A DNA stretch of 64,000 nucleotides from Clostridia bacterium (GCA_017626895.1 JAGAHV010000159.1:36567-100566), one strand, 5' to 3'; positions 44,724 to 53,148 are shown, counted from the first letter of the stretch. Made by a program: numbers and translations. Notes: a model not told the origin generated them from the letters alone.

Positions 44724-44868
44724 GCAGTCCTGTCGCACAGCGACAGTCTGTAAAAATCCAGGCTTCATGCACTCTTGCTCCGGCAAATGACAGCTGTGAG
44801 GCCTGCTGTCTCGCAGCGACAGTATGTCAAATTTGGGCCAGAACAAAGTCGCTCCGGCGAAAGACCAG
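44724..44868 (+). repeat. Intergenic hairpin-repeat family, tandem copies D and E (period 76 bp)
   Basis: Copy D has the hairpin CTGTCGC-ACA-GCGACAG (44730-44746), then TCTGTAAAAATCCAGG...GCTCCGGCAAATGACAG. Copy E has CTGTCTC-GCA-GCGACAG (44806-44822, one mismatch), then TATGTCAAATTTGGG...GCTCCGGCGAAAGAC. Both are the reverse complement of copies A-C. Confidence 0.7.
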
Positions 44869-44897
44869 CATAGAGGCCCACAAAGGAGACCCGAACC

Positions 44898-45656
44898 ATG
44901 GAAGTACGTTATTACAAAGAATATTCACCTGCGCTCGGCCGCGATATGGAGTTCAAGGTATATGGTCATCAGGGAAAACCCGTACTGTTCATTCCCTGTC
45001 AGGCCGGACGTTTCTATGATTTTGAGAATTTCCATATGACCGATGTCTTTGCGCCCTGGATTGACAGCGGAAAGATTACCGTCTATTCCATTGATACCAT
45101 TGACAATGAAACCTGGGCGAATAAAGACGGCGACCCACGCTGGCGCATTGAGCGGCATGAGGCGTGGTATCATTACATTGTCGACCAGATGGTTCCGCGT
45201 ATCGGAGACCTCTCCGGCGAACGGAATCACTCCTATACCCCCATCATGACCTTTGGCTGCTCGCTGGGCGCCATGCACGCCGCCAACCTGTTTTTCCGGC
45301 GTCCGGACCTTTTTGATTCCGTCCTGGCACTTTCCGGAATCTATGATTCACGCGAGAGTTTCGGGGATTACATGGATGATCTGGTTTACATGAATTCTCC
45401 CTGCGATTATCTTTCCGGCATGTCCCCCAACCATCCGTGGATTCATATGTACAACGAACGCCGGATTATCATCTGCGTGGGACAGGGTGCCTGGGAGGAT
45501 ATCCTGAAAGAAAGTACCGCCCGGCTGAAAGGCGTCCTTGAGAGCAAAGGCATTAATGCCTGGGTGGATTTCTGGGGATTTGATGTCAACCATGACTGGG
45601 ACTGGTGGTATAAGCAGACCGCCTATTACCTGCCTTTCCTGATGGGAGAAGCCTGA
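44898..45656 (+). CDS. Esterase-family alpha/beta hydrolase (PF00756 type), second paralog
   Basis: ORF track, 252 aa. The start is MEVRYYKEYSPALGRDMEFKVYGHQGKPVLFIP and the elbow is FGCSLGAMHAANL. RBS AAAGGAG. Confidence 0.75.
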   Translation: MEVRYYKEYSPALGRDMEFKVYGHQGKPVLFIPCQAGRFYDFENFHMTDVFAPWIDSGKITVYSIDTIDNETWANKDGDPRWRIERHEAWYHYIVDQMVPRIGDLSGERNHSYTPIMTFGCSLGAMHAANLFFRRPDLFDSVLALSGIYDSRESFGDYMDDLVYMNSPCDYLSGMSPNHPWIHMYNERRIIICVGQGAWEDILKESTARLKGVLESKGINAWVDFWGFDVNHDWDWWYKQTAYYLPFLMGEA

Positions 45657-45660
45657 AAAA

Positions 45661-45714
45661 GCAGCCCTGTTGCGCAGCGGCAGAGAAGCAAAATCCGTCA
45701 GAACCGGCAAATTA
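45661..45714 (+). repeat. Intergenic hairpin-repeat family, copy F
   Basis: CTGTTGC-GCA-GCGGCAG (45667-45683), then AGAAGCAAAATCCGTCAGAACCGGCAAATTAC. The two arm differences are G-U-compatible only when read on the plus strand. Confidence 0.6.
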
Positions 45715-45743
45715 CAACGTTAAGACCCGAAGGAGGTCCGATT

Positions 45744-46937
45744 ATGCAGAACTTTATCTTTATCTCGCCGAACTTTCCAACCAATTACTGGAAATTCTGC
45801 TCTGAACTGCAGAAAAACAACGTCCGCGTTCTCGGCATCGGGGATTGCCCGTATGATCAGCTCATGCCGGAACTGCGCGGCTCTCTGACCGAGTATTACA
45901 AGGTTTCCTCGCTCGAAAACTATGAGGAAGTTTACCGGGCAGTTGCCTTTCTGATTTTCAAGCACGGCAAAGTAGACTGGCTCGAAAGCAACAATGAATA
46001 CTGGCTTGAGCGGGACGCCGCCCTGCGCACCGCCTTCAATATCACCACCGGTTTTCATACGGAGGATATGCAGGCGGTCAAGCTGAAATCCGCCATGAAG
46101 GAATACTACGCAAAAGCCGGTATTCGCACTGCCCCGTGGCATCTGGTGGACAGCTATGATTCCTGCAGAAACTTTATCGAGCAGGTCGGTTATCCGGTCA
46201 TTGTTAAGCCGGACAACGGTGTCGGCGCCAATCATACGTATAAACTCAGCAACGATGCCGAACTCGCCGCCTTCCTGACCGAAAAACCGAATGTGCAGTT
46301 TATCATGGAAGAGTACGTGCGCGGCACTGTTCATTCCTATGATGCCATCATCGGACCGGACGGAAATCCGATGTTTGAAACTGGAAATGTCACCATGGAT
46401 TCCATCATGGACATCGTCAATACCAACGGAAACTCCTGCTATTATATTGAGAAACACCTGCCGGATGACATTCGCGATGCCGGCCGTCGCACCGTGGCTG
46501 CTTTTGGTGTACGCAGCCGTTTCATTCATTTCGAATTCTTCGTTCTGGATGAGGACCAGCCTCTGGGCAAAAAGGGCGATATTCTCGGTCTTGAGGTCAA
46601 TATGCGTCCCTCCGGCGGCTTCAGCGCAGACATGTTCAACTTTGCCAATTCAATCGATGTCTACAAAATCTGGGCAGACATGGTCGCCTATGGCAGCACC
46701 CTGATTTCCTCGGAAGGACGTGAGCATTTCTACTGCTGCTACTGCGGACGCCGTGACGGACTCAATTTCGTCATGGATCATGAGGCCATTATGCAGAAAT
46801 ACGGAAGCCGCATCAAAATGGTCCAGCGCATTCCGAAGGCCCTTTCCGGTGCCATGGCTGACATGATGTATCTGGTCAATGTCAACACCCCGGAGGAAAA
46901 GGCCGAATACTATCACGACCTTCTGGAAACCTACTGA
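45744..46937 (+). CDS. ATP-grasp-domain enzyme (carboxylate-amine ligase type), substrate unknown
   Basis: ORF track, 397 aa. It has KSAMKEYYAKAGIRTAPW and GYPVIVKPDNGVGANHTYKL, followed by LGLEVNMRPSGG. RBS GAAGGAGG. Confidence 0.8.
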   Translation: MQNFIFISPNFPTNYWKFCSELQKNNVRVLGIGDCPYDQLMPELRGSLTEYYKVSSLENYEEVYRAVAFLIFKHGKVDWLESNNEYWLERDAALRTAFNITTGFHTEDMQAVKLKSAMKEYYAKAGIRTAPWHLVDSYDSCRNFIEQVGYPVIVKPDNGVGANHTYKLSNDAELAAFLTEKPNVQFIMEEYVRGTVHSYDAIIGPDGNPMFETGNVTMDSIMDIVNTNGNSCYYIEKHLPDDIRDAGRRTVAAFGVRSRFIHFEFFVLDEDQPLGKKGDILGLEVNMRPSGGFSADMFNFANSIDVYKIWADMVAYGSTLISSEGREHFYCCYCGRRDGLNFVMDHEAIMQKYGSRIKMVQRIPKALSGAMADMMYLVNVNTPEEKAEYYHDLLETY

Positions 46938-47000
46938 GAAAGATCCAGCTGATGACAGCGTCATCCAAGAGCCATTTTCCTCTCTCCCCAATTGAAGCTG

Positions 47001-47033
47001 AAAAGCGGCGATGCCTGGCATCGCCGCTTTTTT
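47001..47033. terminator. Bidirectional terminator between the convergent ATP-grasp and AKR genes
   Basis: AAAAGCGGCGATGCC-tg-GCATCGCCGCTTTTTT. Confidence 0.8.
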
Positions 47034-47063
47034 AACACATTCCAATTCACTCACGCAGGCATG

Positions 47064-48167
47064 TCATCCCCGGGCCTGACTCATATACCGCTCGATTTCC
47101 CTCATCCTGTCGCTCTGCATGGCACCAAACGGACACCGCCGGTCACAATGCCCGCAATGGATGCAGTCACCGGCCGTTTTGGCCAGCGTCCGGTAATGCT
47201 CCACTGCCAGCTTGTCCCCTGCCCGAGCCAGATCATAATACTTGTTAATCAGGCCGATATCCAGTCCCTGTGGGCAGGGCTTACAATGATTGCAGTACAC
47301 ACATTTCCCGGTCGCCTCAACCGGCGCAAAGGAGGCAATCGCACTATAATCCGTCTCCTCCTCTGATGCCTGCTCATATGTCAGCAGTGTTTTCACCTCC
47401 GCCACGCTCTGCGCCCCGGGCAGCACGATCATCACCCCGGGCTTGTCCAGTGCGTACCGGATACACTGGTATGCTGTCAAGGCCTGTCCAAACGGCGACT
47501 GTGCCGCATCCAGAAGCTGCCCTCCTGAAAACGGTTTCATCACGGATATGCCGATTCCCTCCCTCTGGCATCTGGTATAGACCTCTGTCCGTTCGCTCAC
47601 GCCTCCATTGGCAAATTCTCCATGGCCGTAATCATACGCCGGATTGACGGAGAACATCAGCATATCCACCGATATCTCATCCAGAATCTGCCGGATCACT
47701 GCCGGCGTGTGCGAGGACAGCCCCAGATGACGCACCACGCTCTGCTCCTGCAGAGAACGGATATACCTGTAAATGCCGTTTTTCTGATACGTTTTCCAGT
47801 CCGCCGCCTCGTCCTGACAATGGATAAAGCCATAGTCAATATAATCCGTTTTCAGTTCCCGCAGCTGCCAGTCCACCGACCTCTTCACAGTCTCAAGATC
47901 CAGTGACCAGCCATAGGTCCCATTGGAATAGTCCGCGCCGAAGTGAATCTGATACAGTACCTGTTTCCGAACATCTGCCAGTGCCTCGCCCCACAGGGTA
48001 AACGCTTTTCCGTCCCCCGCCGCAAGGTCATAATAGTTGATCCCGCCCTCGTATGCGGCACGAAGCGTAGCTATCGCCTCATGATGATCCGCTTTGTACA
48101 GATAAGCAGATCCCAGGCCAATCTCACTGATCCGATCTCCGGTCTTTGCATGTTTTCTGTATCGCAT
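47064..48167 (-). CDS. Aldo/keto reductase fused to a C-terminal 2x[4Fe-4S]-type Cys-cluster domain
   Basis: ORF 47064-48254. I prefer the ATG at 48167 (MRYRKHAKTGDRISEIGLGSAY...). The C-terminus carries CVYCNHCKPCPQG and CIHCGHCDRRCPFG. Confidence 0.85.
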   Translation of the reverse strand: MRYRKHAKTGDRISEIGLGSAYLYKADHHEAIATLRAAYEGGINYYDLAAGDGKAFTLWGEALADVRKQVLYQIHFGADYSNGTYGWSLDLETVKRSVDWQLRELKTDYIDYGFIHCQDEAADWKTYQKNGIYRYIRSLQEQSVVRHLGLSSHTPAVIRQILDEISVDMLMFSVNPAYDYGHGEFANGGVSERTEVYTRCQREGIGISVMKPFSGGQLLDAAQSPFGQALTAYQCIRYALDKPGVMIVLPGAQSVAEVKTLLTYEQASEEETDYSAIASFAPVEATGKCVYCNHCKPCPQGLDIGLINKYYDLARAGDKLAVEHYRTLAKTAGDCIHCGHCDRRCPFGAMQSDRMREIERYMSQARG

Positions 48168-48554
48168 TTTCAAATCCTTTCCAGGCACAAGCCCGATCTT
48201 TTCTGCATTCAAAATCATCTGTCCGCTGCAGATATCCTGCATCCATGGGAACAACGACGAATAATGACTGTTCTATCATCGCAGGTACTTCCGTTCCGGA
48301 AAGTCAAAGAGATGCTGCGAATGATATTGTCCATTCGAAGCTTTGTCCGTTTCGCCCTGCCCGTTCCGGAGATCTGTCAGTTCTTCCTCCAGAAAACAGG
48401 AAATCATTGATATCGCTGACATCAACGTTTGAACTTTCAGAGGATGACGCCAGAAAAGCACTCGAATCTCATAGAAAAACGGCATGAGAATTGGTTTTAC
48501 ACCACAGCAGAACCAAAGGAACAGACATCAGCTGCCTGCTCTTTACAGATAATC

Positions 48555-48598
48555 ATCGAACCTGACGAGGGCGATCCCTGTCAGGTTCGATGTTTTTT
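48555..48598 (+). terminator. Strong plus-strand hairpin plus T-tract with no convincing upstream gene (orphan terminator)
   Basis: ATCGAACCTGAC-(g AGGG cgat CCCT)-GTCAGGTTCGAT followed by GTTTTTT. The flanking real genes are both on the minus strand. Confidence 0.65.
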
Positions 48599-48672
48599 CG
48601 TTATAACCACTTAAAGAAACGTTTTTGCGTGCCGTAAAACCATTTTCAATACGGTTCGATGAACTGCCTTTT

Positions 48673-50985
48673 TCACAGCTGAATAACAATCATCGGACGG
48701 ACCGAACGGTTGGTTCGGTAAACCTCTTCCCCATAGTAACCAACCGAGCCATCATATATAACATCCATCGCATGTCCGCGATTCGTTCCCGGTGTACGAA
48801 GCCACCAGTTGCAATATCCATCAAGGCTTACCCAGCCACCATGTATTTCAGCCGTTTTTGATGTCTGACACTTACGTTCTTCATCTGTTAAAAAGTATTT
48901 TTGAACATCCACTGCGGACGGTATGAAAACTCTGTCCTGCGAATCATTTCCTGGATCCGTGTGATATTCGGCATTTTCATCTGCCGTCACAGTTACCGTA
49001 ACCAGTTTATCCTGTTCTTCTGCCGAAAAAGCTGTATACAGAAAATCTTCATTCAGCCATTTCCGTAATGTGCAGGTATCCCACGAAACAGGCGTCATCT
49101 TTGTATTAAACGGCTTCGCCTCAAGGCCATACCTGCTGATACATGTTGCCTGGCCATCCTGAATATCCAGAATAATCCATTCAATACTTTCGTTTCCATT
49201 TCTTTTATTATTATCCAGTTCATAGTGACCAAACGAAATAATGTCACCAATCTTCGCAGATTCAGCCTTTTCCTCCTGTTTATTTTCCTGTTCTTTCTGA
49301 AAAACCAAATTCAGCATAATCGCAGGACGCACTGCATTGTATTCATAGTTCACTGTTTCACCTTTGCTGGTTACCTTCCCGCTTCCGTTGACAAAGGCAG
49401 CTTTGCGCTGATCACTTCCCGGTGTGCGCAGCCAATATCTGCATGCCCCCTCCTGGAATGTCTTAACGCCATTCTCCCTGGTCATACGGCTTGCAGCGCA
49501 GCGACTGTCATTGTCGTCACTCAGGTAAGTATTCACTTCGTTGACAGACAGCAGAAATACTTTATCCTGAGTATCCTTCCCTGTACCTGTTGGATGATCC
49601 GGATTTTTATCTGCCGAAACGGTAATTGTTTCCAGCTGCATCTGTTCAGCTTGTGTGAACGCTGTATTCAGAAACTCATCGTTCAGCCAGCGGCGCAATT
49701 CACACTTTTCCCAGGTAACTGCTTCAATTTTTGAGTGATAGGGTTTTGCATCCAGACCCAGCTTGCTGACACAAAGTGCCATGTCTCCCCTTACTTCGAG
49801 AACAATCCACTCAATCTCTTCCAAACCATTTCCAAGTTCATTATCCTGATTATAATGACCAAATGAAAGAACATCCCCTGCGCTGACATCCAGCCTCATT
49901 GTTTCAATGGATGCTTCAATTTCATTGGGGGCTTCTGTCGGTTCGATTGTGAGTGCCTCTGTTGGTTCTGGTGTCGGTGCTTTCGTCGGTTCCGGTGTTG
50001 GCGTCACCGTTGGTTCTGGTGTTGGTGTCTCCGTCGGTTCTGGTGTTGGCGTCACCGTCGGTTTCGGTGTGGGCGCTTCCGTCGGTTCCGGTGTGGGTGT
50101 GGGCGTCGCCGTCGGTTCCGGTGTTGGTGCCTCCGTCGGTTCCGGTGTTGGCGTCACCGTCGGTTTCGGTGTGGGTGCCTCCGTCGGTTCCGGTGTTGGC
50201 GTCACCGTCGGTTTCGGTGTGGGTGCCTCCGTCGGTTCCGGTGTTGGCACCTCGGTTGGAATCAATGCTGGAGTTGCTGTCGGTTCGACCATCGGAGCCT
50301 GTGTCGGTTCAGTTGTTTCAACTGTCAGTACAGGTGTTGGTTTCGTTTTTGAATGGAAGAAGATTGCTGAACCCAGGGCAACGAGTACCGCAGCAATTAA
50401 TCCACCAATAATCAGTGAAACCTTTTTCGTTTTCTTTGGAATTGAAATGCCCTTTTTTTCTGGTGCTGCCTCTGAACCTGTCACCGGATCAGCTTCTGTT
50501 TCTGATTCCGCCTTGTGTTTCCGTTCTAATCCGCTCTTTTCAAATGCCTCGCAGAACTTAAAAACGTATTCTTCCTCTGACATGTTGTACTTCATAATAG
50601 CCTGCAACGTTCCAATCTGGAGTTGCATGTCATCCGGAAGTTCTGTTTTTTCCAAATGAATCGCTATGAAACGCTTATGCTTCGTTATCGCAAAATTAAT
50701 TTCATTTTGGACATTCCTTCTTACTGCCGATGTCGGTGTGATCATCACTACGAACACTGTACAGTTGCTCAAAGCAGTTGCTATTTCCTTTGTCCATTCA
50801 TTGCCCGGAGAAATGCCCTCATCATACCAGACATTATAACCAGCTTCGTTGAACTTTTTGATTTCTTCGAAAACTTTGTCTGAATCCTTATGCGCATAAC
50901 TCACAAAGATATAGGGGCCTTTCCCCCTGTATGCAGGATATGGCATGCGTCCTACACCAGGAACCAGTCTGGTTTTATCACTCAT
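48673..50985 (-). CDS. Single-pass membrane protein: N-terminal TIR domain, TM helix, Pro/Thr-repeat linker, two DUF6273-like modules
   Basis: ORF track, 770 aa. The TIR_2-like region is GPYIFVSYAHKDSDKVFEEIKKFNEAGYNVWYDEGISPGNEW...CTVFVVMITPTSAVRRNVQNEINFAI. A KKGISIPKKTKK stretch precedes the TM helix VSLIIGGLIAAVLVALGSAIFF. The linker contains PTPEPTEAPTPKPTVT repeats. Two modules then carry FGHY, IEWI(V/I)L, LR(R/K)WLN, D(K/R)VF, WLRTPG and VRP. Confidence 0.8.
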   Translation of the reverse strand: MSDKTRLVPGVGRMPYPAYRGKGPYIFVSYAHKDSDKVFEEIKKFNEAGYNVWYDEGISPGNEWTKEIATALSNCTVFVVMITPTSAVRRNVQNEINFAITKHKRFIAIHLEKTELPDDMQLQIGTLQAIMKYNMSEEEYVFKFCEAFEKSGLERKHKAESETEADPVTGSEAAPEKKGISIPKKTKKVSLIIGGLIAAVLVALGSAIFFHSKTKPTPVLTVETTEPTQAPMVEPTATPALIPTEVPTPEPTEAPTPKPTVTPTPEPTEAPTPKPTVTPTPEPTEAPTPEPTATPTPTPEPTEAPTPKPTVTPTPEPTETPTPEPTVTPTPEPTKAPTPEPTEALTIEPTEAPNEIEASIETMRLDVSAGDVLSFGHYNQDNELGNGLEEIEWIVLEVRGDMALCVSKLGLDAKPYHSKIEAVTWEKCELRRWLNDEFLNTAFTQAEQMQLETITVSADKNPDHPTGTGKDTQDKVFLLSVNEVNTYLSDDNDSRCAASRMTRENGVKTFQEGACRYWLRTPGSDQRKAAFVNGSGKVTSKGETVNYEYNAVRPAIMLNLVFQKEQENKQEEKAESAKIGDIISFGHYELDNNKRNGNESIEWIILDIQDGQATCISRYGLEAKPFNTKMTPVSWDTCTLRKWLNEDFLYTAFSAEEQDKLVTVTVTADENAEYHTDPGNDSQDRVFIPSAVDVQKYFLTDEERKCQTSKTAEIHGGWVSLDGYCNWWLRTPGTNRGHAMDVIYDGSVGYYGEEVYRTNRSVRPMIVIQL
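49940..50262. repeat. Tandem coding repeats (Pro/Thr linker), including a perfect 48-bp unit present 2.6 times
   Basis: The units at 50130-50177 and 50178-50225 are identical (CCTCCGTCGGTTCCGGTGTTGGCGTCACCGTCGGTTTCGGTGTGGGTG), with a partial third copy. Diverged copies extend back to about 49940. Confidence 0.9.
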
Positions 50986-51061
50986 GTTTCAGTCCTTCTT
51001 CATTGGTTCATAGTCAGCTGTAAAGGCTTTCTATCTATTTCATATGAGCCAGTTCGGTCCA

Positions 51062-51802
51062 TCAGCAGCATCTCACATCTGCCAGTTCACGGATCACCTC
51101 GCCGGCCATAATCAGGCCGGCAGCCGACGGAACAAAGGCAATGCTTCCGGGTGCCGGATGATACCTGCCCGGATCGTCCGGCTGTTCCTGCTCAGAAACG
51201 GGTTTCAGCGATGTCCTCGGCGTCTCCCGGGAATACACGACCCTGAGATGCTCAATTCCCCTTTTGCGCAGCTGCTGGCGCATCACTCTGGCCAGCGGAT
51301 CCACGGATGTTTTGCTGATATCGCATACCTCAAACTGCGTGGGATCCAGTTTGTTTCCGGCTCCCATGGCCGCAATGATGGGCACGCCCAGCCGGGTGCA
51401 CCGCTCCGCCAGCATCAGTTTGGCTGCCACCGTATCAATGCAGTCAAGCACATAATCATACCGGGTAAGATCTATTTCATCCGCGTTTTCCGGAAGGTAA
51501 AACATCGGCCATGTCTCAATCCGGCAATCCGGATTGATGTCCAGAAGGCGCCGCCTGGCTGCATCCACCTTCAGCATGCCCAGCGTGCTGTTCAGGGCAA
51601 ACAGCTGGCGGTTCAGATTGGAGAGCACCACCCGATCATTGTCGATCAGATCGATTGCACCGATTCCCGACCGGACCAGAGCCTCCGCCGCATAAGAGCC
51701 AACTCCGCCGATTCCGAATACGGCTGCCCGCTTCTCTGCAAGCCGGTCAACGCCTTCTTTTCCAATAAGGCGCTCTGTCCGTGAAAGCTGTTCTCTGTTC
51801 AC
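51062..51802 (-). CDS. tcdA: tRNA threonylcarbamoyladenosine dehydratase (ThiF/E1-like, TcdA/CsdL)
   Basis: ORF track, 246 aa (RTERLIGKEGVDRLAEKRAAVFGIGGVGSYAAEALVRSGIGAIDLIDNDRVVLSNLNRQ). Size and layout are typical of TcdA. Confidence 0.85.
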   Translation of the reverse strand: MNREQLSRTERLIGKEGVDRLAEKRAAVFGIGGVGSYAAEALVRSGIGAIDLIDNDRVVLSNLNRQLFALNSTLGMLKVDAARRRLLDINPDCRIETWPMFYLPENADEIDLTRYDYVLDCIDTVAAKLMLAERCTRLGVPIIAAMGAGNKLDPTQFEVCDISKTSVDPLARVMRQQLRKRGIEHLRVVYSRETPRTSLKPVSEQEQPDDPGRYHPAPGSIAFVPSAAGLIMAGEVIRELADVRCC

Positions 51803-51820
51803 TCTCTTACTCCCCCGTCA

Positions 51821-52891
51821 TCAAATGATCAGTCTGAGCTCCGCCTCCCGCTTCTGGATCTCCTGCAGAAGGGCAATCTGATTCCGCGCTCTGACCAGGT
51901 TATGCTCAGGATACGCCGTCTTATAATACACATCCCCATTCAGATAGTCCGTCATGAAGCGCATCGCCTGTTCGAGGGTAATCACATAGATTCCATCCGG
52001 GAGGAGCTTCCGTTCATTCTCTGTGAGAATGCTGCCCGCCTCCTCCAGATATCCCTGCGCGAAAGCCGCTGCTTTTTCAAGAGACAATGCGACTTTCGAA
52101 AGATCCGGCTCATCCTCCGCCGCCTCACTGGCGCCGGACCGGATTCCGTCACCAAAATCGTATGCGACAAAGCCCGGCATCACGGTATCCAGATCACACA
52201 CACAGATCGCCCGGCCGCTGGCTGTGTCCAAAAGGGCATTACTGGTTTTTGTATCATTGTGCACCACACGCCTGGGCAGCCGTCCTGCTTCAAATTCCTT
52301 TTCAAACAGATCAGCCCGGTCCATACACTGCATCAGCGTGACAATTTCCAGAACCACCGTCTTTTTCCGTCCACAGGCATCCCTGTCCATAGCCAGCATA
52401 AACTGGGTGACCCGGTCGACTGTATCATGGAAGGCCGGAATGGTCTCATGGAGCGAATCGACCGGAAATCCGGACAACCGCCGTTCAAAGCGACCGAAAG
52501 CCAGACCGGTTTCATAAAGCTCGTTAAGCGACGCCGGCTGTCCGCAGGCGCTGGTGTGATCGATAAAGGCATACATGCGCCAGAACCGGTCCTGCTCATC
52601 CCGGTACCAGGTTTCCCCGCCTGCTGCCGGAATCAGCGTCAGCGTTTCCCTCATGGGGTCCCCGTTTTCGCGCACAATCTGTTCTTTCAGATAGGCGGTC
52701 ACACGTTCAATGTTATGCTGAACTTCCTCCGGCTTTTTAAACACTTCCGTATTCACCCGCTGAAGAAGGTATGCATTTCCTTCCCGCGTGTCAACCCGAT
52801 AAGTATCATTGATGATTCCTGTACCGAAAGGCTTTATATCGGAAACCTCACCGGAAACCTGAAAGTGTCCGGCAGTCGTCATTACGTTCAT
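51821..52891 (-). CDS. nahK: APH-fold sugar kinase, N-acetylhexosamine 1-kinase (NahK)-like
   Basis: ORF track, 356 aa. It carries HNDTKTSNALLD, DLDTVMPGFVAYDFGDGIRSGAS, EDEPDLSKV and YPEHNLVRARNQIALLQE. From memory these match the Bifidobacterium NahK layout. RBS GAGGAG. Confidence 0.65.
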   Translation of the reverse strand: MNVMTTAGHFQVSGEVSDIKPFGTGIINDTYRVDTREGNAYLLQRVNTEVFKKPEEVQHNIERVTAYLKEQIVRENGDPMRETLTLIPAAGGETWYRDEQDRFWRMYAFIDHTSACGQPASLNELYETGLAFGRFERRLSGFPVDSLHETIPAFHDTVDRVTQFMLAMDRDACGRKKTVVLEIVTLMQCMDRADLFEKEFEAGRLPRRVVHNDTKTSNALLDTASGRAICVCDLDTVMPGFVAYDFGDGIRSGASEAAEDEPDLSKVALSLEKAAAFAQGYLEEAGSILTENERKLLPDGIYVITLEQAMRFMTDYLNGDVYYKTAYPEHNLVRARNQIALLQEIQKREAELRLII

Positions 52892-53148
52892 GGCGGTTTC
52901 TCCTCGAGTTTCATTGCTGGTCTTATGTCCGGGCAGCCTGGCAGGGCTCCGGATTTATAGGCTTTCGCCTCGCGGCCGGGCCATTCCTTTTCGGGCTTCA
53001 ATGGCTGGCCGTATCCCTGGACTGCTTCGCAAGGCTCCGAAGCAGCTTGGCTGTCGACTTCTGACAGGACTATTTCTTTCCCTGTATTATAGCGGTCCGG
53101 CCAGATTATGACAACAGGTGAAAATAAATCAATCATTTTTGTCAGTCT

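Noticed and set aside
49907-50659. A 250-aa Gly/Val/Ser-repeat ORF that could be mistaken for a glycine-rich or collagen-like protein
   Set aside because: It is the reverse-complement reading of the Pro/Thr linker and TM region of the TIR protein gene. The minus-strand frame is continuous with flanking TIR and ectodomain coding sequence, so the plus-strand ORF is an artefact.
51062-51802. A ThiF/E1-like gene immediately next to the TIR gene, considered as a possible ubiquitin-like or CBASS-type defence partner
   Set aside because: Its size (246 aa), its N-terminal motif pattern (RTERLIG...FGIGGVGS...NLNRQ) and the absence of any JAB, E2 or Ubl partner fit housekeeping TcdA (t6A dehydratase). 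Its composition matches the genome background, unlike the TIR gene. The adjacency is most simply coincidental.
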